Shown here: in pieces, positions 29,892 to 43,639 of the stretch | How positions within the stretch are numbered: the first letter of the stretch is position 1 | Layout of the letters: every line of letters begins with the position of its first letter | Source of the DNA: Tubiluchus corallicola | Taxonomy: Eukaryota; Animalia; Priapulida | Direction of reading: 5' to 3' | Length of the DNA stretch: 64,000 nucleotides | NCBI GenBank assembly: GCA_030141605.1 | Contig: JAQGDQ010000195.1 | Location: 1 to 64,000 of the forward strand | Translations under genes and position numbers: made by a program | Notes under the pieces: model-generated | What the model saw: only the letters and a program-made list of their open reading frames with translations | Database searches by the model: none | Told to the model about the DNA's origin: nothing

Positions 29892-32800
29892 GGTACCAGT
29901 TGAAAAATGATTTGGTCACCATTGAAAAATAAATTTGATTCAATGTAAATTTATTCTTTTAAATAAACTGACGAATGGATGCAGTTTTTGTGATAATTAC
30001 ATATTAACTAGAGGTGTTTTGTTAAAATATGAAGATTACACTAGGCAATAAACTGCCTCCTTTCCCAAAAAATACAGCTGGCATTAGTGTATTTGAAACA
30101 GAAAGTATGATAAAGATATAGTGCTTTAGCTCATGTTTGTGCTGGAGCGTTTTGCTGAAGTCTGGTACAAGTAAAATCCGCATAATTCAATTCAAGCTGG
30201 ACGGAAAAAGCTTTGAGTAAGGCGATATTTTGAGCTAGGCGATGTTGACCATTTTCCAGCACAGAAACTCTAAACCATCTTCCAGAAGCTATATAACTAA
30301 ATAAAAGGCAAAACGTTCACCCTTCTATACATAAATGACGAGATTGAATGAGAATCACATAAAGAATAACAAATTATGTAGTGAAACCCGGTTTTTGATG
30401 TTGCAAAACGGCACGTACACAAATACTTATTTGAGCCTACAATTTTTCAAACGCCCTTTAGTTAGGATAGCTTATGACTGTTATACAATTACAGTGATTT
30501 TAATTAGGAGATTTTTTGTAAAATTAATAAAATACATAAAATATTAGAATTACACGCAAATATTTTATATGTGCTATTTTTTCAACTACTCATCCGTTGC
30601 CCATAAAAAATGAATAAAAAAGTGTGATGTCATGGTACACTAAATTCCTAATTAACCACTATTTTCGTTAGTCAGGTTTGGGCATCCTACTGTCAGTGAA
30701 CAATATACGTACGTGTACTTATTACTGCATGAGTTATTATATCAAGTCAGTGAGTATTTCACCAGGTGAATTTTGTCACCAGTAATATTTGTGTAGTAAC
30801 CTGCCTATATGTTATAATGTGTGGTGTCTCTTAGTTACATGTATACACTAGCACACGTTTACACATGTATATGCTAGTACTCAAGTAAGATACACATGTA
30901 CACTTGTATTAGGCATGTATGTACTAGTTACAAGATATTTTAAAATTTCATACTTCATATTAAAACAAATCATCATTAAATAATTATTAGAATCGACACA
31001 ACTACAACATACAATGATCAAACTTATATTCAACACATATTTTAATGACAAATAAAGAATTAATATATATACTAATAATCATGCTGTAATAATCAATAAC
31101 GATTTGCGATAATGAGCAATCATAATAATAATCGATACATTAATAAGCAATCATATTAATCAATTTATTAATAAACAATCATAATAACAACCTTGGTTTA
31201 CATCGTTGCATATAATAGTGACTTCATTGCATATTATAGTTAATTATGGAATGTTTTCTTCTGATGAGAAAAAAACGAGGAATTACTGGGGGGGGGGGGA
31301 AGAGGGGCTTCGCAAAAACAAAGTTTTTGAAATGTCTTTTTAGGGCTTATAATAACGTTTAATAACAACTGTAAGGGTACTTGCAATAATTTCAAATTAG
31401 GATTATTAATATTATATTGTAATATTACACCTCAATGTCTAAGAAAGCTGAAAGATGAGAGTTATTAGAAAGATGATGTATTTGGTCAGTTAAATGACCA
31501 GCAGGCGTTACACTATAGTTCGTAATCGAGGGAACTCTTGTCAGAGCCCGATCACGTGACTTGAGTAACTAATCGCTGGCTGACCTAGAGACGGTTAATG
31601 AGGGCCGATAGTGGGGCCACGGGTTTTAGAATAGTGACATCCCAGGACTCTGTACCAGTGACAGTAAAGACTAACAGAGTGCTCAGAAGTCGGGATGCTC
31701 AGATAGCCAGCCATCAGGTGTATCAGGTCACATAAGGGGGGAAGGAGGGTCGATGAGAGTCCGGGCTTTTTGGTCGATGTCAAGAAGGTGACAAGGTGTG
31801 GACTCTCTGTTGAAATCTCTGAAGGTAGAAGCTAAACCTTCTATTGATATCAGCGTAAACGTCTTCTCCGTAGTTGGACCGAGCCAACCTCTGAAGCACA
31901 GAACAGTCCGTATTAGGAGCAGGACTGGGCCAATTAGTTCAAGTTATAGAGAGGCCAGTTCCAGAATTAATTGATTTTACATATAACATTGCTTGGTAAT
32001 GCGAAGTAATTGCATTCAATTAATGAAAGTAATTCATTGTTGTTAAAGCAACAATTGTTACTAAATTGATTGTTGACGAAAACAGTCGTACTGTTCTTCC
32101 TCTTTCTGATGAGCCGTATAACTCCTTCCGAGAGTCCCACCAGGGGCCGCTAGCACGTTTTTTCTGCAGGCTGTTTGTTCAAAATTTCGAAAAAAGTCGC
32201 GAGTTGGGTCCGGGAAACCGCCCGTTGCGGTGAGGCCGTGGCCCTCTCGGGAATTCTAAATATGCCTACTACACCCACCGCTGAACGGACTGTCTATCCG
32301 TAGCCAGCACCATCCTCGGCCCGTTCCAGTTATTGCTGTCGACACCAAATCTATTACCACTTCATCAAAACAGTCTTAAGAGAATGAAAATTAAATAAAC
32401 ACAATAAGAAGACTGACTTGATTTTTGCTTGTGTACGTTTTTTTCACAGTATAAGATAAGTTAAGCATTAGATTATGATTCCAAATAATGATCAAATATT
32501 TAAAAGTGAGAGTGATTCAATTAAGTTTAAATATGTAAAGTAAATCATGCAAAATTCACACTTCACATTTGCATTCCACGCAACAATTTCATTTGTATGC
32601 CTAGTTTTGTTACAAAGTTGTTTAAACATGAAAGTGATAAAAGGTTGTTTAGCCATGAAACGCAATCTACAATGAAAGTGATAAAACTTAGCCAAACAAT
32701 ATTAGCCTGTGATCATGTGTCAAGATTACTGCTAAACAGGCAGCTGTGTAGTTTGATTAACAAAGAAAGAAACAACTGTTGCCACGTAGAGGTTAACTCA

Positions 32801-33999
32801 AAATTATAAACTTGTTGGCGTACTGCATGTCAGAAAGCATTCAAAGGTAGTGCCTTCTCAAGGAAATGTTTGGGCCATGGCCAGAATTTGATTTACTATC
32901 AAGGATAGCTCTTTGAGATGAGCCTATGAACCAGTAGAGGTGTCAGCCATGTATACTTATCCTCCCCATTATCCTCCCCATACAAGGTGAACTGTCAAAA
33001 CTTATGAATGATATCAGCCAGAATGAGTGCTTCAGAACCAATGGTGATCACACGAAGCGTTGGCACCCTATCTAATACCGTACCCTGCTTGTAAATGCAG
33101 CTAAAACTGCCAAAATACTATGACGTAAACATGAAATACTGCACACACTTAACTAAATAAGCATAACACGTGATCAGCATTTTTATTATATACTTAGTTA
33201 AAATTAAATAGATTTTTGCAGATTTTAACATAATGTCAACGAAATAGTAACACTCGTACGCTTACATGAAAGACCTTCTTTATATAATTTCCTTTATTTC
33301 TGGTTCCTTCTCTTACACTGCAGGTTCTTGCAAAACCCAGATGGTGTGCATTTCACTAGCATAGTATGGAGAAATCCAGCATTGTTCAAAAAGCGGTTGT
33401 GCCTCTAGATGGTAACAGTGATGGTGACAAAAAGGCAGACGAACATGTTCCAATCATTAAGCTGCAGCTGCAGCAGAAGTGGAACCAGATTATGTCTAAC
33501 CACACAGTGTGCATTTTCAGTTCGCTGTCACTGCTATCATTGTGCTTTTTCACTAAGCTACGATAATGTCTTTTGCTGTTCTGTCTTCATAATTACGCAA
33601 ATGCATTAATGAGTCACATTCCACTTTTTCGTATAACAGTCTGAAACTTTACACTAATGCTTTTTTGGAATTTTGCATTCAGAATTGTATTAATTATCTA
33701 AGCTGTGGTACTATACTTTAGAAATATGTTGTTTCTCACTGCATTCTTACATTCTTATCAACTGCTACTTTTATATAGGCACATATTTCATATAGATAAA
33801 TTGTCATCATAGAAGATTTTCTACACATAACTATTGATAATTTTTTTTCTTTCTATTGCCACCAGAATTTAGGCAATTATTTGTAATAAACCTTGAACAT
33901 ATATGTGCTTAAAACAGCAGTTTTATCTCTAATAAATTTATTAATGAGTGTCTGCAGTTAGCATCAAATACATTAGTTAATAGTAGTTTTTAAATTCAA

Positions 34000-34998
34000 C
34001 TAATGCTGCTGAGTTGCAGTTACTACATTTATCATGACTTGGTTGTTACCGCATTTCTTCCTGCATATTAGTCTTTCTAGAATTCCACGCAATTCTTTAA
34101 CTTTGTAGAAATAGATGATAATATTTAAAAAGCCAGTAACCACGAGCAGTATATTGGCCATTTGCTTTAATGTCCCAAGTTCTCCTTTTATTTTGCCTGA
34201 ATGGTAAAGAATTGAGTGCAAAAAAACAGGACTAAGAGAAAACGCTGTCACACTTGTTAGCAGAAATACAGATAACGTTGTTTTAATCTGCTTTTTCCTG
34301 CCGAAGACACTTTGCTCACTTCCTGGCAAGTGATTCATGGGCATTACACGTCGTTTGTGTCGCAGAACAATGTTTAGTATGCGCGAATAAGCGACTATCA
34401 TCACTAGAAGCAACAGAAAGTAATGTGTAGTATAAAAAAGACCCCATTCATCATAAACGTTGCGTATTACTACACATTCTTTAAAATACATCTTTGTCGT
34501 AGCCATCAGGCATGAACTAGCTATGATGCCTGTGATGCTGCCATATGTCCACAACAAAAATAGAAGTATTTTAATGCGTTTGACCGTAGAGATCATCGGG
34601 TAATGTAAAGGATAAACAATAGCGATGTAGCGATCAATAGTAATGAAGATGTGAGTCAGCATGCTCTGTACTAGAAAACCATATGTTCCAAAAACCCTTA
34701 ACATGCAAGTTCCCTTTGACACACCATTGTAAATGAGCAATTCACTGGTCACGTACATACCAACAATTCCCATACATGCATGTGAAGCAGCCAAATTTGC
34801 CAAAAGCATGTTTCCAGCACTTCTCAATGTCTTTGTAGAGATTATGGCTCCAACAACAAATACGTCGAGTACACTGTTAATTGCTGTAAAAAGCATATTT
34901 ATGCATCTGAAGAGGACGTATGTTGAAGCTCCTGGTGGGTCTGCATAAGCAATGCCATTTAAGACAGTAAAATTTGCTTCTAGTGAAAAGTTTTTCAT
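34000..34998 (-). CDS. Class A (rhodopsin-like) 7TM GPCR, intronless, 332 aa from the first ATG
   Basis: Seven hydrophobic segments, LANLA in TM2, IDRYIAIVYPLHY, AYSRI and N-terminal N-glycosylation sites. The ORF-track start at 35028 is TTG; the first ATG is at 34998. Confidence 0.9.
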   Translation of the reverse strand: MKNFSLEANFTVLNGIAYADPPGASTYVLFRCINMLFTAINSVLDVFVVGAIISTKTLRSAGNMLLANLAASHACMGIVGMYVTSELLIYNGVSKGTCMLRVFGTYGFLVQSMLTHIFITIDRYIAIVYPLHYPMISTVKRIKILLFLLWTYGSITGIIASSCLMATTKMYFKECVVIRNVYDEWGLFYTTHYFLLLLVMIVAYSRILNIVLRHKRRVMPMNHLPGSEQSVFGRKKQIKTTLSVFLLTSVTAFSLSPVFLHSILYHSGKIKGELGTLKQMANILLVVTGFLNIIIYFYKVKELRGILERLICRKKCGNNQVMINVVTATQQH

Positions 34999-35690
34999 TT
35001 CGGATGTATTATTTTGATAATGAAACAATATGTCGGTATAGCAAGAAGTGATAGTTTCTTTGATTTATTTCGTCTTATATATCTGCTATGTTTATCTCTT
35101 GGAATCTGATAACCTACGACATGCGCATAAGCACTTGCTATTATCCTTGATGTAATTTCCCATCCCTCTAGCACGTCGTTTGTTATGTCTGTTAATTTTA
35201 AATGCTTTTTGTTCAGGTATGTGAAATAATATACCTAAATGTCATTTATTCAACTTTATTGTCATGAAGTGAGAGTAATTTTTGTCAGATGTAAAATTTC
35301 CATAACAGATCTCTTCTAAAAGACTTAAAACATACTTATTGTTTACAGCTTTGGCAATTGAAATTGTTTGAAATTTGAAGCAATACTTCAAAGAGGTTTT
35401 AGCTTATGTGAAATCAGGGACAAAGGTAGTCTATGATCTTCAAAGGCGTGGCCTAGGTTAAACACGTTTCTTGTACAATTTGAAAACACTGATGATCAGA
35501 ATATTTTGCATAATTCAAACGGATGCGAATAAAGTATTTTAAGCCCACAAATGTAAGTATGTATAAATAATGAATAGGTTTTATCTTGAAGGTAATATTT
35601 TAATATTAACGAGCATTGCTCATGAATTTCCTCTATAGCAGCTGTGATTGTGATGATGAAGACAGCAACGACAAAATCAAGACTTTGTTC

Positions 35691-35770
35691 CAATCAGTTT
35701 GTTTTGTTAAGATTGTAAAGGCATACCAGACAATCAGTTTGTTTTGTTAAGATTGTAAAGGCATACCAGA
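35691..35770. repeat. Exact 40-bp tandem duplication
   Basis: caatcagtttgttttgttaagattgtaaaggcataccaga occurs twice. Confidence 0.95.
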
Positions 35771-36959
35771 CTACGAGTTTGTAAACACAAAATCATTATG
35801 TATGTTGTTTAATTATTGATTGATATTTATTGATAAAACTGCAACCAGGTTCTTGTAAGTAAATTGTTTTTCGGAAAATATAGTTAATTTGTCTTGTTTA
35901 GTTGAAATATTTAGTATTAATAGGGCTCTCAAACATTGATGGAAACATTTCAAAAAGTTTGTCAAACATTTCCAACAGGTTTCATCATGCCTGCGTTTCT
36001 CTTTTTTGTTAAAGACGAAAATACCGAAAAGATGTTCATTATTAAATTTATGAAAAAACTGATTTTTCTTTACGTCTAAATTAAAAATTGCTTAATTGCT
36101 TGCCGGAGATATATCAGATCCTGGCCTGGATCTAGCAAGAATCCAGTCATTCCCATGTTCATGAAAAAGAGTAGTAAGAAGGAGGTAAGTGGAGATGAGG
36201 TGAAGCTGGTGCTGAGCTCTGGCGACAATGCGAATTAATTCACAGTGACATAAGTGTGAGTATAGATGATTTTGAAGTGCTTTTAGACTTAGAAATTTGC
36301 AATTCGTGTTTTGTCATTCTCAACATATTTCTGTTCTAGCTTTTGTTTCAAGTAAATTTCACAGAGAATTATCATATAGAAAGCTGAATTTGTTAGCAAA
36401 ATTTTTGGATTTACCAGAAAATAGTTAAACAGAGTAAAGTCAGTTTTGCTTTGTTTTTATGTTTCAGCTTGCGATTTAACTGTAGTTTACTTTCTGTGGA
36501 TCTCATCAAGACTTATGCCACACGTGCCTCAACACAGCCATTTTGTTACTGAATACGCAATAAATACACATACTAAAAAGATAGACAAAGAACCACTTTT
36601 GCAGTAAACAAGTGTATATATGAAGATTGCACAGCAGGTTAAATCGGACCTGATTTGCGCAGGGTTTATCCCGAACAAGATCATCCGTCTCAACAACCCA
36701 TCTCTTGTTGGTTTGACTATATATTTAATATTGAACCAGATTCTCAAGTTGATTTGATATTTGATATTGAACTAAAAGTTGGTTCGAAAAGCGTTCAAGA
36801 AGTGTAGTAGTCTCAGATGCACCTACTATTCAACATTAAACCAAAAACTGGCTTAATGTTGAAATCATTGAACATTCGAAATAGCTTAAAGTGTACGTAC
36901 TCTTACAAAAGGACGTACAGTTAACATTGTGATGCCTCAGCAAAGATTATATTATTGTT

Positions 36960-37775
36960 CTCTAATACTTCTCTGCCTATTTCCCGCACGTTCCTGCATT
37001 TCCCCCAAGTTCTTCTAGAACTTCTAGCTCACATTCAGCACAAGCCCTTCGGGTTTAAAGAGCTAGTTCGTGTAACCAAAGAAGAGTTCGTCACCCCTCA
37101 GCAAAACACACATTATGCTATGTTATTAGCTCATTGTTTGTTATGCTATTAGCTCATTAGCTATCTAATGATATAGGTATCTGCCAATTACAAACTAACG
37201 TTTCCATATTATGCACTTTCCACATGTTTCACATTTCACACAAGTACTGCATGTTTAAAGAGCTGGTGTAACTCATCGGCAAAAAACACACATTGTATAA
37301 TAGTTCATTAGTTATGTAACCCCTATGAGTTGGAGATAAATAATATATGTTTCCTTATTCTTTACCAGTTTTTTAGACTACTCACTTGTTGATTGTGAAA
37401 TGTGTGGAAAGTGCAGAAATATGGGAACTGGAAAGTTTGTAATTGACAGCAACCTATGTGGCTAGATAGCTAATGAGCTTTGAACAATATGTTTCCTTGG
37501 TTAAGACGTCACAAATTTTTCTTTGGTTACACCACACTTTAAATAAGAAATATTTTCGAACGAGAAACTCAGAGAAAGTACATGAATGCGGGTACATGAA
37601 ATTTGTAACGGGCAGGTACCTACCATTAGCTAATGCGCCAATAAACAGCAATTCTTTTTCCTGAAGTGTTACAAACGTTTCTTTGATGCTACCAGCTGCT
37701 TAAACATGAAATACTTGTGTCGAATGTGAATGTGGAAAAATACAGGAATACGGAAATAGGAAAGTTTGCAATGGG
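36960..37775. repeat. Long imperfect inverted repeat (foldback-like)
   Basis: agctcattagctatcta (about 37151) vs tagatagctaatgagct (about 37463); tgcactttccaca vs tgtggaaagtgca; cctatttcc...ttcctg vs caggaa...ggaaatagg. Confidence 0.55.
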
Positions 37776-37779
37776 CGCA

Positions 37780-38060
37780 TCTCCGCTGTTTCTTTTTAAT
37801 TCGAGCATGGTCAAACTGCTATACTTCAATCTTTCAAAATATGGCATATTATTGTAACCGAATATTAGTTTTGTAGCACGCCTTTGTATACCTTCCACAA
37901 GCAGTGCAACTTTCTGGTAATGGGGATTCCAAAGTTGCACACAGTATTCTAGATGAGGTCTAACCAAACCAACGTATAATTTCAATAGAATTTCTTTAAT
38001 TCTATAAACGATATTCCTCTTTATCATTCGAAATATTTTGTTTGCTTGTTTGCTTTTTCA
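37780..38060 (-). mobile_element. CR1-type LINE ORF2 fragment
   Basis: LYVGLVRPHLEYCVQLWNPH...EGIQRRATKLI...YFERLK. Confidence 0.8.
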
Positions 38061-38069
38061 ACAGACACA

Positions 38070-38860
38070 TCTTTTTTTCTTAATTTACATCAGTGATTTG
38101 GCACACTGTTCTGATTTCCAAGTCCTATTTTTACGTGGTACTAATCTCAGTCAGCTGCCGCTCAAAACTAACAATGAACTAGACAAGATAGATACATGGA
38201 TGAGTTCTAAAAGTTAACAATAAAGTATGAAAAAACAAAATATGCAGTCAACCTCGGATGTAAGGGACACCTCAGGACCGGAAAAAACCGTCCTTTATAT
38301 CCGATGTCCCCTTATAGGCGAAGTTGAGTCAGACCGAGGATGTATCTAGACCTGTACTTTTCTGTACTTTTACCCATATTTTTATGGATTATTGCTACAC
38401 ATTCAGTGCAAACGGTATGTAGGAAGCTCCTTCGGTGATGCCAGATGTATGTGACCGCAGAAACCGAGTTGTTCGTAGGCCGAGTTTGCTAAAAATTGAG
38501 GTTATAAATCGATCAATTTTGCTTTGATCATAGAGTCCCTTATATGCGAAGTAATCTACCTTTGTTACTATTACGCGATGCCTGAAGATATCGTCTCTTA
38601 TAACTGAATCCCTTGTATCCGAGTACCTTATATACGAAGATTTTCACACAGGAAAAACGTTACGAAAAATCGGGACCGGTGCTTGTGGTCCTTTATAAGC
38701 GAGTACCTTATACCCGAGGTTGACTTATGCTTATTTCTCCCTAAGCTTTCGATTCACATAATACTTTTAAACTGTTTTTATGGGATCATGAATTAATTGC
38801 GGCCGACAATATAAAATACTTACATTTGTATATTGATAATACATTGTCATGGAAAACTAA
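38070..38860 (+). mobile_element. LINE RT fragment interrupted by a MITE
   Basis: FLIYISDL...ELDKIDTWM...KTK, then the insertion, then MLIS...IKYL.LYIDNTLSWK. Confidence 0.6.
38245..38725. mobile_element. Tc1/mariner-pogo-type MITE
   Basis: Inverted termini cagtcaacctcggatgtaagg / ccttatacccgaggttgact at a decayed TA site. Confidence 0.65.
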
Positions 38861-40049
38861 TTGAATTAAATTAAATCAGTCACATATAAGCTTAATAAGC
38901 TCATTGGTCTTACCTCTCCTTTATAAAATCATTTAAAAAACTTATATAGCTAAATGTTTGTTTTATCAGCATATTTAAAATTATTTTATCTATCTATCCA
39001 TCTATTATATTAATATTCTTGGTATCTTAATATATTTATTTATTTATATATATATAAGATTAATTAATAAATTAATAACTCTGTAAGAACACTGTCTGTC
39101 ACACAAATCTAGCACGGAACATTTTCACACTGAAACGGCTTATGGCGGAGCCAAGCTAGAAAACTAGAGAGATAAAAATTTTCTTCACAGCGCGTATTTC
39201 GTGGTTTGAGGTCGCTCTGGTATTTTTCATTGCTAAAGCTCTCGTAGTCGGGAATTAAATCTTTAATTAATTACCTAATTAGCAGCCTGTGCTAACCATT
39301 GTATAATACTCGCCATCTCTTTCGATTTTAATAAGTTATTTTTAGCACAAGCTTCTGACACCTCTGTGACAAGCTGACTTCGTCTTACTTTATTTTATAC
39401 TAACACTGATCCAAGCAGACACTTTAGGAGAAGACATCTTGCAAAAGGGTCAGTCATTTCTATTTAGCTTAAAGCTTCAACTTTAAGTAGCAGAAAAAAT
39501 TATATAAATAATATAATAGGAACCAGAAACACTAACAAAGACATCATGAATTTTTTTTGATTAAGACATCATGAATCAATTAATGATTATAAATACAAGT
39601 GATTATACAAGTTTTGTTAAATGCGTATACACGTTTTCGTGAAATACTATTCTCAGGCTGGCTGGCTTCTTTGGATTTTCTTGTACACAGACGGTAAGTG
39701 CTGTCACGTTTATTTAGTTAGATAGAAAACTTTCGTGGAGATTGGGCTTCACAGTGCAGAACCCAAGTGCCTGCTGATCCAGTGACTCATCTGACGTCAG
39801 GGCTTCGTTTCTCATGCCATGCACATGAGCTAATGCTAACCACTCAAGCTTTGTACATGACAGATCCTCATAACAAAAAGGCTTCATCACTTTATATTAT
39901 CTACACGGAATATAATTTTATTATATAATTAATACAAAGTATATGATAATAACTATTAGTAGAACAATAATGTATATGACGATAACTATCAAAAAACAAT
40001 GTATATAAAGATATAAACGTATTATTATAATGTTGTTGTCTCAGCTACT

Positions 40050-40943
40050 TTGCGCTTGCACCATTGCTAGTGGAGGGGATCCCGGCCATCTCCTACATCT
40101 TCACAAGGGCCCATTCCCAGTCGCTTATACAATGCTAATGAAATACACGATGTAGTTGCACCGGCATCTATCAGCATGCGCGTGGGCCATCCGTTCAACT
40201 CGACCGAACAGGTTGGCTGGGTGACCAATGGTTCTTGTCAGCCTGTTGAGCTGTGGGTTCGGAACGCGCTTACTGCGTCCCAATCATCCCTTTTTACACT
40301 CGACACCCTGCAGTTGCTGTGGCACCCTCTATGCACATTTATTTCACGCCGTTTTTTATTACTATTCATTTTACTACATTTACTGCATACACTTTTCTCA
40401 GTCAAATATTTACTATTTACAGCGATGCTTGTCTCCGTTACAAAAGCTTGGCTCCTGACGGGGGAGACGACCCGTTGGGAGCCTAGTAGTTTCCCTGTAG
40501 CCTCCTCTGGCCTACTCTTCCAGGTAGAGCAGGGCCTGTATATCGGCATTCTCTAGCAAAATGCCCTGGCCGCTGACACTTATAGCATATATCTGCTTTT
40601 GTGGGCCTTCTTGGGTTCTGGGACCACCTTCCCATACCTTGTCGGCCTAAACCGGCTTGCTGTGGCCTCTGCCTGAGTGCCGGTCCTCCTCTCTGAGGAT
40701 TTCTTCCTACTTGATGCTGGTGACGCTGCCATTTCTCGGGAACTTTCTTCCTTGGCTCAGGGTGACCTTTCTCTGGTCTCTTACTGCCTCCAGGTAGCAT
40801 TAATTGACACACAGGGCCTTCACTTTCACTGGCTGATTCGGTACCTACATAGTATCTCCATAGGCGTATCCATTCTTAGATGGTGTGCGACATGTCTACT
40901 CTTTAATTTGGTAATTTCGTGATTGTTTTCATCTTCGCAACAT
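40050..40943 (-). pseudogene. gag: Ty3/gypsy copy A: gag 3' half with zinc knuckle, gag/pol junction and start of protease
   Basis: CYKCQRPGHFAREC; G_GGA_AAC slippery site plus hairpin; ...VELNGWPTRMLIDAGATTSCIS is a decayed D(T/S)GA protease motif. Confidence 0.85.
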
Positions 40944-42234
40944 TGTCACCTTCTCGTTTTTAATACCTAATGTTTTATCGTATATATCGTATAGATTGAA
41001 TTTAATATGTCCGCTTAATTTCTAATTGCTATAAGGCGAATTCTTCACCTGGCTCCGAGGGCTTTAGATATTAGTCTAGCAAGCAATGATCGTCTTATCT
41101 AAACTTCACCTTGACCTTCGCGTTGTGAGAAAAGGTCTACTTCCCTCAAGCTTCCTAGCAACGCTCCCGCAATATGAGCGCTAGTTAATTCAAAGCGAAC
41201 TACAGATTCGTATATCGGAAATAGTGTTGCTTGAGTTGAACACTCTGATATCATACATTAACTCAATCGTTAAATGTCAAAGAGAATTACTTTATTGATT
41301 TTACAACAGTTACTGCTTCTAGGTAGCTTACAAGATTTGTTCTTATGCGCTTTTGATGCGTACAACTAGTGTATAGCTTCCAAAAGTATCTCTCTGAACA
41401 ATTCTTCAATTCTATCACCTAAGGTGTTCTTTACACTTATCATATAGTACAATGTGAACTTATGCGAACTACAGATATGCACAGTTACTCTCAGTTTACA
41501 AATGTGTTAAGATTACTTAACTCTGCGGATTGACCACAATGTACCCAGTACAATTGGCCAACTCCAATAGTTGATATGAGACTCTCGTTGTCCAGTGCCT
41601 AGATTATCCTAGGAACGCAGAAAGATGTCTACGCTGAACTTCTCAAGTTGTCCCAATGTCCTGTGTCAGGTAGCCCTCTGTGTGAGTCGCACACACTTCA
41701 CGTGTCTCTCCCAGTACGATTGGGTGGAAAGAGCCCTGGGTTATTAAAACTCAGGGCTTATATCTCATCGAAGTAACCTCGTAGTAACCTCGTATGATTT
41801 CAACGTCGCACGCAACACTTAGATTTATTGGACAGCTGGGAGGACATCCAGTTTCTTAGGTTTGTGACTCTTCTTTAGAAACTCTCATCCTTGAAGTCAT
41901 CGTAACCCGTAAAACTCATTAGTCCTCTTTTCATCAAGAAACAGTGACCTCGCAGAGTTTTCGTTAATTACGAGTAACTTGTGCATATAGCTTATAATAA
42001 ACGGTACACCCGTCTCAACCTAATATTAGCTAATTATCCTGAGCATCCTGGTGTCCTTACGTAAACGATAAATCTTACTTCTTGCATCCTACGCTTTCAC
42101 AGCTCATTAAATTCGAGCTTACCAGCTGAGTGAGTTCCATTGCACCATTTGTAAATTTATTCATGAAATCAGGGAGGCATGCGATTTCATACCAAAATAT
42201 CGAGAATCATCGATTTATAAATTTATTCACCACA
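40944..42234 (-). mobile_element. Solo LTR of the copy C family, TG...CA termini, 4-bp flanking repeat
   Basis: Reverse-complement match along its length to 60788-62111. ACAT flanks both sides (40940-40943 and 42235-42238). Confidence 0.88.
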
Positions 42235-43639
42235 ACATCATCCCAACGCATCGTAGGCGCTCGTTTCCTTCCTGGATTCCCGCACGAACCCTAGAAATAC
42301 AAGGATATGATAATAAAAGAGGCCCATTAACAGACGCGTCCCTTTTACACATATATGGTGTATAACAGTCTTTAGTTAGGATACAAATGTTACTTTATGC
42401 ATGGCACTTCTTATAATGCAATAAACAATACATCAGAGAAACATTAGTTTATAACAAGCGCGACGCATGCTATTTGATTTGAAATCATAATACTAGCTGA
42501 AATATTTTGTGTTATTTGAAATCGTAATACTAACTAACCGAATAGCTTTCAGAAAAACGCACATCTGGTACTTGCAATTAAAAATTTCCAGATCGAGTGC
42601 ACCACGAAGTAATACTTTTCGATATCTAGCAAAAACACTCTACTCGGAATAATTTTTTCTAAAATTCTCACTATTCCGAGCAGTACTAATGGTGAAAATA
42701 CTCGAACAATTAGAATTCTTTCCTACAAAAAAATAAGGATGATTTTACAAACCACTAACAGTATTTTTTAGAGTTTTATTAAGAAATACAATTCATTGTT
42801 GTATGCGTATGTAACGACCCAGTGCAATAAATTAGTTTACTTTATTTTTATTCCTATTTGCATTGCTTTGAGTTATGATGTAACATTTAGCTGTTTCCCT
42901 ACTACTAGTTTAACCACAATTAAATTAGGTACCTGGGATCCACAAGGACATCATCCGCAAACACCGGCTTCATTCACAGCCTAGTTTTACCTGTGTGACC
43001 ATATAGTTGTCGACCTAGTTTTACTGCTGAATGGTCGAGCAGGAAGCCAGCCTTTAAGGCTAACCTGCAATGTTTAACTAGAGTGAAGTTTTCTGGTGAA
43101 ACGTTCACAATATTCTCTTCGTCATGGATATATTCACGGATTAGATACGATGTGACATTTGCAAGCTGACAGTGCTTTCTGGGAGAGACAGACGGTTGTT
43201 TTTGGCAACGTATCCATCAATGCAGCACCCGTAATACTGTGAATTTGTTCATTTCGTTTGTAGCTACTTATCACGTGCCTAACAATAAGCTGATTGGGCA
43301 TACAAGCATTAGAATGTTTACAGCATAGAAATTGTAAACTGCAACACACAAGTTGCTGTATTCGTTCCACCAGTCACGTGACTACTCACGATGAAAGAAG
43401 AGGATTCGGCGTTGAATGCTAGCATGTACGAGGTGGCCGGAAAGTGAAGTTAGGCCTCTAGGCACCGCTCATAATCAGTCAGTAATATTATTGCCAGTGT
43501 TTAAAACATGCCCTTAGTGCAGGTGTTTGGATTATGTAGCAAACTTTGACTTTGAGTGTTCTGCATGTTATTTTTTTGATATAGTAGAACGTAGTAGTAC
43601 AATTTGTAGTTTTTGGGTGTCACTTTCCTTTGAGTATTA

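Noticed and set aside
31480-32050. LTR-like GC-richer stretch
   Set aside because: No termini, PBS, PPT or second copy in the window.
33324-33566. Possible exon after a strong ctgcag acceptor
   Set aside because: No frame gives a recognisable protein and no partner exons were found.
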